Part shown: piece after piece, positions 10,025-16,691 of the stretch
Position numbering within the stretch: position 1 is the stretch's first letter
Layout: every line of letters starts with the position of its first letter
Assembly: GCA_050239825.1 (NCBI GenBank)
Contig: JBFXGO010000046.1
Span: 1-16,691, forward strand
Length of the DNA: 16,691 bases
From: a bacterium
GTDB taxonomy: Bacteria > Hydrothermota > 32-111
Direction: 5' to 3'
Made by a program: the position numbers and the translations under genes
Notes under the pieces: model-generated
The model's input: the letters and a program-made list of their open reading frames with translations, nothing else
Database searches by the model: none
Told to the model about the DNA's origin: nothing

Positions 10025-13000
10025 ATGGGAAAAACCAAACCTGAATTTTATCCGAAAATTTTCAGTAGTCTTCTCAATTCCGAAAATCTTTCCCTCAAAA
10101 GAGAGTTTTATGCTCTTTTCGCAGACATATCCGGTTTCACGCAGATATCGGAATCTTTAATGAGCGGAGGATTCGAAGGCGCAGAGAAGATTCGGGACAT
10201 TATAAACTCTCATTTTGATTTTTTTTCCAGGACAATATATTCAAACGGCGGAGACATACTTCAATACAGCGGAGACGCCATACTCTCGATTTTCTCGGAA
10301 TTTGAATCTGCCGCAAGGTCAATGGAGATGATTATTGAGTTCACAAGAAACAGCGGGGTTTTAAGCATTCGGGGAGGTCTCTCGTTCGGTGAAATCGATT
10401 TCAAAGCTTATGAATTCAACGGCGGGTATCTCATTCTTTCAAAGGGAGATTGCGTTGAGAGGGCAATGAATGCAGAGCACACTTCCGATATAATGAGCTA
10501 CAATGTGAACACCTCTGAAAGGAAAAGCGTGGATGCCATTCCGACTGGGGAAAGATCTCACACTTTGCTTGACAGATCCATATCAAAGGTGTTTGAAACA
10601 TGCAGTCTGGATTACGGTTCATTTGCGTTCTCGTCAGTTTTATTCCTTTTTGCCGAAGAGAGGGACATACCATTCATCCTGAAACTTGCTGAAGGACGGC
10701 TCTATTTGAACAAGATTGAAAAGTATCCGGAAGGGATAAGGCTCTTCTTTCTATCCGGAGTTCTTGATGCAAAATGCAATCCTGTAGAATCAATGTTGGA
10801 ATTCGTTGCGGATATTGATTCATCCTCCATCAAGGATAGGATTTTTGGGGGCTTTACTTCCGGCTACATGTTCAACGGATTTACTGGAAGCGAAGAGAGA
10901 TGCGAATACAATCTTATAGGCAAATCTATAAACAGAGCCGCGAGAATCGCCGCAAAATCAAGAATGGGAGAGATGCTCTTCGATAAAGAGATTCTGGAGG
11001 AGACTTCATCCGTTTCCGGTGAATTTATCAGAAGCGAGAACCTTAAAGGTATAGGGATTGTAAATCTGTACCGCCTTAAAGAATACAGAAAACACTCTGT
11101 GCCGCTCTATCTTCCTATTTTCGGAAGAGAGAGGGAGATGGAGAATCTCGAATCTCTTTTAAAAGAGAAGACATCTGTGGTGGTTTCCGGCGAGAGCGGA
11201 TCCGGTAAGACGCACTTTGTCTCTTCATTTATTTACGAGAAAAATGTGAATGCCCTCTATTTGAATATCTCGGATTCAGACACATTAAACGATTATTCCA
11301 TTCTGAAAATTCTGAATTTGGATGTTGATGAAGAAACATCAAAGGAGGGGGCTTACAGGAAGTTCCTTGAATTCATGCTTGCTCAAAGCGAAAAACGAAT
11401 TCTTGTCATAGACAATTATGAAAAACTTGATGAAAAATCTTCAATTATAGTAAAAGAATTTCTCAATGAATCAGTCACAATAAAGGCAATTCTTATCTCT
11501 TCTGCAATGAAGGGAGATATAGAATTGGGAATTTTCAATGCCGACGGAATCTCAGGAATGATAGAGACAAGAACGGGAATACAGCCTTCGGCATTTCTTT
11601 CGGATGCTATTTTCAAAAAAACAAACGGAAATCCATACTTTGTGCTTGCATTCTTCAAATCTCTTGTGGGAGATGACCAGATAGAGATGAATTATCTTGG
11701 AGAGTGGGATTTGAATGAGAACAAGAGCGTTGTTTCATCAGAGATTTCCTCATCGGTTCAGATGGTCTTTTCATCTCTCTCTATTCTCGAAAGAAACATA
11801 CTCAAAATTTCCTCGGTCTTTGACTTCGGATGCCCCGAAGACATTTTGATGCAAATCCTGCGGGAAAGTGAAATTGAAATCGTTTCAAAAACAATTATGG
11901 AACTTGTTCAGAAAAACATACTTCAAAAGAGGGAGAGAAAGGTATCCTTTGTGAATGACATTGTCAGAGAGCATGTATATAAGTCAATACTTGATAAAGA
12001 GAAGACAAGCCTGCACAGACTTGCGGCAAAAAGCTTTACCGCATCAAAGGAAGACCTTGAAGCGGGAAGGCACTTTTTTTTAAGCGGAGATCTCGCCCAA
12101 TCCAAGAATCTGCTGAAAAGGTATTCAGAACTTATTGAGGATGGAAAATTTTCAATGGCTCTCTACTATGCCGGGATTTTATTCCGTATTGAAAAGACCC
12201 AAAAGGTTCTGACTGACATTATCACTCTTCTTTTGAAGGAGGGCAGATATCAGGAGGCTGAAAAGCTGTTTAACAGTGAAAAATCTCTGCTTGATTCCGA
12301 TGGAGCGCTTCTTTTGACCTTGAAGTTTTTAGTTTTCAAGGGAGACAACTCTCAAATCATTTCTTTCGCCTCTTCTTCAGCCTCTGATGCAAAGAGCGAA
12401 GAGACTTTATTTTATCTGATTGATGAGGCGGCATTCGCAATGGCCATTATCGGTGATTCTTCCGCATTGGAATATGCAGATAGAGCACTTAGGCTCTTTG
12501 AAAACGGAAAAATAAGCGAATTTAAAAAGATTAAACTCGGAGGAACATACAGACAGCTGGGTGATTATGAGAAAGTTGAAAACATATACAGGATTATACA
12601 TCGCCGCGCGATTGAAAACAATGATATGATAAGCGCATACGCCGCTCTTTCGGAAATGATAGAGATGATGCCGCCAGGGCGGTATACTGTGGATTACACC
12701 GTGGAGATAAATGAAAAATTCTTGAGTTTGCTGAAAGAGAAGGACAGAAAACGAGAGGAACTCAAGGCTATGAAGGTTCTAACCATGAGGCTACGTGACA
12801 GGGGAGAGTATGCAGGGGCAATGGATATGGGCCTGAGGGCAATCGGCTTGGCACGCATTTTGAAGGATTCGGTTTCGGAGACAGTCATTCTCTCGCAGCT
12901 TGCAAGAATGGAATTCAACAGAGGAGACATGAATAAGGCCTTGGAGCTTTTTGAAAGCGCAAGAATTTTGGCTGAAAAGAACAATTTTCTTCTCCTACTT

Positions 13001-13531
13001 GAATCCATTTACGGCAACATGGGAGTTTTGATGCATGTTATGAAGGATTACGCCATTGCATACGAACTCTATGAAAAGGCTCTTGAAATATCTCTGAAAG
13101 TGAAGCATTCAGATACAAGATTTCTATGGATTTTAAATCTCGCGCTTCTCGGAATTGAATCAAAACAAATTCAGAATGTAGAGAATTACATTCTGATGGC
13201 GAGAGAGGAGCTTGTAAAATCAAACATTCCTGAAAGATGGATTGATGTTGAACAGATTGCCGCAAACTGCGCATTTTTGCAGGGCAATTACAAACTCTGC
13301 ATGGAGAAAGCCAAAATGGTTTTAAATGAAGCGGAAAAAAGAAATGAAACCGAGATTTATTTTGAGACCCTCCCGTACTATGCCGGAGCGCTTATTTTAT
13401 GCGGAGATTCGACGGGAGAAGAGATGCTTGGCAAAGCTCAAATATGGGCTGATGAGAAAAATTCCGACAATGTAAAAAAGAACATTGCCGATGTGAGGAG
13501 GGTGTTGCCCCTCCAATCACGCGGCTATTGA
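10025..13531 (+). CDS. Class III adenylate/guanylate cyclase (two cyclase domains, sAC-like) fused to a STAND/AAA ATPase and TPR repeats (~1168 aa)
   Basis: C1: LFADISGFT and YSGDA. C2: G..TSG.MF.GF.GSEERCEYNLIGKSINRAARI. Walker A GESGSGKT, Walker B ILVIDNYE, GNPYF, and helical TPR-like C-terminus. First ATG is at 10025; the ORF track extends upstream to a TTG at 9929. Confidence 0.88.
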   Translation: MGKTKPEFYPKIFSSLLNSENLSLKREFYALFADISGFTQISESLMSGGFEGAEKIRDIINSHFDFFSRTIYSNGGDILQYSGDAILSIFSEFESAARSMEMIIEFTRNSGVLSIRGGLSFGEIDFKAYEFNGGYLILSKGDCVERAMNAEHTSDIMSYNVNTSERKSVDAIPTGERSHTLLDRSISKVFETCSLDYGSFAFSSVLFLFAEERDIPFILKLAEGRLYLNKIEKYPEGIRLFFLSGVLDAKCNPVESMLEFVADIDSSSIKDRIFGGFTSGYMFNGFTGSEERCEYNLIGKSINRAARIAAKSRMGEMLFDKEILEETSSVSGEFIRSENLKGIGIVNLYRLKEYRKHSVPLYLPIFGREREMENLESLLKEKTSVVVSGESGSGKTHFVSSFIYEKNVNALYLNISDSDTLNDYSILKILNLDVDEETSKEGAYRKFLEFMLAQSEKRILVIDNYEKLDEKSSIIVKEFLNESVTIKAILISSAMKGDIELGIFNADGISGMIETRTGIQPSAFLSDAIFKKTNGNPYFVLAFFKSLVGDDQIEMNYLGEWDLNENKSVVSSEISSSVQMVFSSLSILERNILKISSVFDFGCPEDILMQILRESEIEIVSKTIMELVQKNILQKRERKVSFVNDIVREHVYKSILDKEKTSLHRLAAKSFTASKEDLEAGRHFFLSGDLAQSKNLLKRYSELIEDGKFSMALYYAGILFRIEKTQKVLTDIITLLLKEGRYQEAEKLFNSEKSLLDSDGALLLTLKFLVFKGDNSQIISFASSSASDAKSEETLFYLIDEAAFAMAIIGDSSALEYADRALRLFENGKISEFKKIKLGGTYRQLGDYEKVENIYRIIHRRAIENNDMISAYAALSEMIEMMPPGRYTVDYTVEINEKFLSLLKEKDRKREELKAMKVLTMRLRDRGEYAGAMDMGLRAIGLARILKDSVSETVILSQLARMEFNRGDMNKALELFESARILAEKNNFLLLLESIYGNMGVLMHVMKDYAIAYELYEKALEISLKVKHSDTRFLWILNLALLGIESKQIQNVENYILMAREELVKSNIPERWIDVEQIAANCAFLQGNYKLCMEKAKMVLNEAEKRNETEIYFETLPYYAGALILCGDSTGEEMLGKAQIWADEKNSDNVKKNIADVRRVLPLQSRGY

Positions 13532-13535
13532 AACT

Positions 13536-15680
13536 TCACAGGGTAAACCTGTGAGTGAATTTGAAAAATATCAGATTTTCCGGATACCTGCCGCCTAAAT
13601 AAACAACATTGCCGACCGACGGTTTGTATTCGCACACAAAGAATATTTTCATATCCTTTTCAAAGAACTCCTCCGGAGTATAGTAATTCGGAGCAAATCT
13701 CGCTATCTGCCTTTGAAAGAGTGACCTTATAGAGAGGGAGTTGGTCGGATTATATGATATTCCTGCATCTGCCGCTACCGACTTCCACTGGTAAACCGCG
13801 TCTCCCACATCTTTTGAATTCAGCGCATATTTTGCCGTATCTGCGTAAAAGAGGTCATAGGATATTCCAGTATTCAATGTGATGAACGGGAAGGGATTGA
13901 AGTTAATGTTGGATGCTCCGTTGGAATAGTATCCGACTCTGAGATAGTTGTAATCCACTCTGGTTCCGCCGTTGATGTTTATGTCATAAACTATTTTATC
14001 GGTAATGTTCATCTGCGCATAAGATAATATTTTTTCGGCGGTAAAGTATGTATCCGCCCAGTACGCTTTCGCAGTTCTCAAAATGATGTGTCCGTATCCG
14101 TTATGAAAAAAATTTGAAGCTATCTTTGCATCTACAGTATACTCAAGAGAATCAGTATTCTTCGTGAGATAATTTCCATAATTATCATAATCTCCCTCCA
14201 AAACAAACTGTAAAGAGGGTGTCAGCCTGCTTATCTTGCCGCCGCAGAAGACAAAATCCTTCTGGATGTATGCAACAGAGATTTGTTTGCCTGTCCAGGT
14301 TACATAACCGAGATCATTTTTGAATGAGTCGCCTATCCCTTGGTGCATTGCAATGAATGCCCAATTGTTCTTAAATATAACATACTGGGCTTTAAACATC
14401 AGATTTTCTTTTAAATTTTCTAATGATAAATCTATTGAGCTGTCCTGTGAAGAGTGTGCGGCCAAGAGATAGCTTAAACTGTTGCCCGTGGATATGTCAT
14501 AGGCATAGTCATGCATCAGAACAAGTTCATTTAAAGAATTTCCCATATCATATCTGTCAAGAGCCATAAATCCGAAATCCATTGATTTAATCTGTTTGGA
14601 TATTCTTGCAATTCCAGCAACTGCGTTTGTGTTTCCTATTAAAGAATCCTCTCTGTCGTATGCAAGTATGACTCCCGACTGGAGGGAATTATCCTTATAG
14701 GTGTACCTTCCGGCTACAAAAGGATTCTGTATAGACCTTGAGTAATATATCTCCTGCTCTGATGCAAAGACATTTGTCTCTTCCACAAAGAATGGCCTGT
14801 ATTCTGAATAGTATAAGGCATACTGGAGATTGTTGTCGAACATTATCGGATCACCCTCAATCTGCGAGTAATCCGGATTGAATGCGAAGTTAATAACGCC
14901 GCTTGATCCGACGGAAGATTTAAGGTCAAATCCCGCATCTCCGTCTGAAAGAACATTAGAGTCAATCACGGCGCCGAATATTCCGTAAGGAGTTATTTCC
15001 GTCTTGCCTGTTGTTTTTGCGCCCTTGATAAGCACGGGAAACATTGCATCATATTCTGCATCATTAGAGAGTTCGGGCATTCCGATAAAGGTGCCTTGCA
15101 TTCCTCTGGAATGAATCTTCCTGTAGAAATTGATATTCCACACAAGGTCATCCGATTTTCCCACGCGGAATTCGGAGAATGGGATCTTCATTTCCACAGA
15201 GTAGCCGTTGCCGCTCTTTTTAACAGCGCTCTCAATGTTTCCATCCCAGGTGACATCCTCGGAACTGTCAAGATTGGAGCGTCTTTTGCGAAAATCTCCT
15301 ATGTTTCCCGAGAGCCCCACAATTATCATGTAAAGCTCTTTTCTATTTCCGAGCGGGTCAATTATAATGCCAACCCCATCCTGAGCATACGCATTATCCC
15401 TGGTTCCCTTTACCTCAATAAAAGTTGAAGTATCCTGAACAGCAAAAATATGCACATAAAGATTTTCTTTGTCGCACAAAATCCTGATGTAGGTTGAATC
15501 ATCCATCATAACTCCAAAATCCGGACATATCTGCACGAACCTGCCGTCAAATTTTTTTGCGTCAGACCATTCCTCAGGTATGCACTCTCCGTCAATCACA
15601 GGAGGCACCGCAACTGAAGGAATTTCGATTGGTTGAGAGTAAAGTCCCAGCGAGGCGATAAGAATAACAATCAACAGCAT
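13536..15680 (-). CDS. Exported protein with an N-terminal CBM9-like domain and a DUF5916-like C-terminal (probable beta-barrel) region, 714 aa
   Basis: SD AAGGAGG (15691-15685) before MLLIVILIASLGLYS (signal peptide). Motifs PPVIDG....EWSDA, DKENLYV, D.V.IIIDP, GYSVEMKIPFSEFR, WNINFYR, and FNPDYSQIEGD...LYYSEYRPFFVEE...YYSRSIQNP. Confidence 0.85.
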   Translation of the reverse strand: MLLIVILIASLGLYSQPIEIPSVAVPPVIDGECIPEEWSDAKKFDGRFVQICPDFGVMMDDSTYIRILCDKENLYVHIFAVQDTSTFIEVKGTRDNAYAQDGVGIIIDPLGNRKELYMIIVGLSGNIGDFRKRRSNLDSSEDVTWDGNIESAVKKSGNGYSVEMKIPFSEFRVGKSDDLVWNINFYRKIHSRGMQGTFIGMPELSNDAEYDAMFPVLIKGAKTTGKTEITPYGIFGAVIDSNVLSDGDAGFDLKSSVGSSGVINFAFNPDYSQIEGDPIMFDNNLQYALYYSEYRPFFVEETNVFASEQEIYYSRSIQNPFVAGRYTYKDNSLQSGVILAYDREDSLIGNTNAVAGIARISKQIKSMDFGFMALDRYDMGNSLNELVLMHDYAYDISTGNSLSYLLAAHSSQDSSIDLSLENLKENLMFKAQYVIFKNNWAFIAMHQGIGDSFKNDLGYVTWTGKQISVAYIQKDFVFCGGKISRLTPSLQFVLEGDYDNYGNYLTKNTDSLEYTVDAKIASNFFHNGYGHIILRTAKAYWADTYFTAEKILSYAQMNITDKIVYDININGGTRVDYNYLRVGYYSNGASNINFNPFPFITLNTGISYDLFYADTAKYALNSKDVGDAVYQWKSVAADAGISYNPTNSLSIRSLFQRQIARFAPNYYTPEEFFEKDMKIFFVCEYKPSVGNVVYLGGRYPENLIFFKFTHRFTL

Positions 15681-15923
15681 AAACCCTCCTTCAAATATTT
15701 TCATTTTCATCATCTTCAATATTAATTTTTGCCATAACTGCCCTTATCTTTCCTTGTATTCTGTTCTCGAGTCCGGACATGTTCTCTCTGTTCAGATTTT
15801 CAAGAGATTCATCATTCTCTCCTCAAGTTTTTTCATCTTTTTTTCTATTATAATATCTATGATGTTCATCGTATACTAAAAGCACATAGTATTGCAAAGT
15901 AAAAAGAGAAGGCATGAGATATA

Positions 15924-16072
15924 AACGGCGGAGGGAAGTGGACAAGACCTTTATGTCATAGGTCATAAAAAGGCCGATCAGGATGTTGGTCCCACTTCCC
16001 CTCTCCGAGATACAGAACAGTACGTTTGGCAAAAAGCCTGAATACGATGATCGGTACAAGGAGAGCGCCGCC
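15924..16072 (-). ncRNA. Candidate structured RNA (three-way junction with a possible arm-arm pseudoknot), family not recognised
   Basis: Stems GGCGGCG/CGCCGUU, CUCUCC/GGAGAG and GGGAAGUGG/CCACUUCCC meet with 0, 0 and 2 linker nt. CCGAUCA/UGAUCGG is complementary between the two arms. A promoter motif lies immediately upstream. Confidence 0.4.
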
Positions 16073-16085
16073 AAAGAACAACTAA

Positions 16086-16114
16086 ATGATAAGGATGAGA
16101 GCAAATGAAGTCAA
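16086..16114 (-). promoter_or_regulatory. Putative sigma70 promoter directly upstream of the structured segment
   Basis: TTGACT (16114-16109), 17 nt, TATCAT (16091-16086); predicted start near 16079. Confidence 0.55.
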
Positions 16115-16352
16115 TAGTGGTTATTGGCAAAATAAAAGTCAACCGCTAATTTGATAGTTTTTCTTTGAATGAGAGTTGATTTCAAACCTCACTTATTTAA
16201 TTTTTTGTGAGGTTTTATCAATCTCATATCTCACGTATAATTTTTCTTTGACAATGTCCCATTCTGCCAGAACAAAGTAGTTTATATACGACGACTAAAA
16301 TAGTATGCTGGTACAATAGTAAGCTTGTATGCTGGTAAAAATGCAAAAGAAA

Positions 16353-16380
16353 TTTAGTGACGGTGGTTCCAAAAATCACC
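16353..16380. repeat. Dispersed, diverged copy of the Y1-element inverted-repeat motif
   Basis: tttagtgacggtggttccaaaaa (16353-16375) matches tttagggacggtggtttcaaaaa (4297-4319) at 21/23 nt. Confidence 0.7.
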
Positions 16381-16536
16381 ATTTTTATATGAGAGTTGCT
16401 TCGGAATTTCATAACCTAAGGGGTATTTATAATTACACTTATGCTGGGGACGGGGTATGGTTTATACTTTTTTGATAGGTTCTTCAGGATAGATTAAGTG
16501 GGGTTGACTTCAGAATGATGGAACAAATCCATCCCC

Positions 16537-16564
16537 AGTCACGAGTCCAAAGTCACCAGTCAAA
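16537..16564. repeat. Four degenerate 7-bp tandem repeats (AGTCnnn)
   Basis: agtcacg agtccaa agtcacc agtcaaa. Confidence 0.5.
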
Positions 16565-16601
16565 ATACAAAGATCGAAAGAGGAATTAATAAGTTAAAAT
16601 A

Positions 16602-16691
16602 TTACTTCGAAATCCAGTCCTTCCGATAGACGATGTAGAGGTAAGAATCGACAGGGGTGGTGTAGGATGACATGCTTTTCGGGAATTCATA
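16602..16691 (-). CDS. Possible C-terminal end of a gene entering from the window edge (...YEFPKSMSSYTTPVDSYLYIVYRKDWISK*)
   Basis: Open frame from the edge to TAA at 16604-16602, followed by an AT-rich intergenic-looking stretch. Only 29 codons are visible. Confidence 0.4.
   Translation of the reverse strand, partial: YEFPKSMSSYTTPVDSYLYIVYRKDWISK

Noticed and set aside
15681..15719. ORF-track start of the 727-aa ORF
   Set aside because: The extension contains the AAGGAGG SD. ATG 15680 gives a clean signal peptide.
15974..15982. CUGAUCGG as a hammerhead ribozyme core
   Set aside because: Does not match CUGANGA, and no correctly placed GAAA/NUH was found.
15823..16104. 93-aa ORF (and 16224-16412, 62 aa) as genuine genes
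   Set aside because: The 93-aa ORF has a TTG start inside a predicted promoter spacer. Neither has a convincing SD or recognisable motifs.
16248..16276. TTGACA on the plus strand as a promoter
   Set aside because: No acceptable -10 hexamer at 16-18 nt spacing.

Overview
Bacterial rRNA locus on the minus strand, probably from a low-GC diderm lineage (taxonomy not determined). The order is 16S, tRNA-Ile(GAT), a ~388-aa predicted outer-membrane protein gene, tRNA-Ala(TGC), an HuH/Y1 (RAYT/IS200-like) transposase gene between perfect 28-bp inverted repeats, 23S, 5S and a terminator. The 16S-23S spacer is ~2.5 kb, and the 23S has its own tandem sigma70-type promoters, one nearly identical (35/39 nt) to the 16S promoter. 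The 23S carries a 683-nt group I intron at E. coli position L1917 encoding a LAGLIDADG homing endonuclease. The 16S shows archaeal/eukaryal-type states at signature positions 52:359, 53:358 and 365. Upstream of the locus are a GT4 glycosyltransferase, an uncalled 57-aa ORF, a divergent sAC-like cyclase-STAND ATPase-TPR protein and a CBM9/DUF5916-like exported protein. The final intergenic region holds a candidate promoter-driven three-way-junction ncRNA and a dispersed copy of the transposase's inverted-repeat motif. All calls come from reading the sequence by eye; no searches or folding programs were run.
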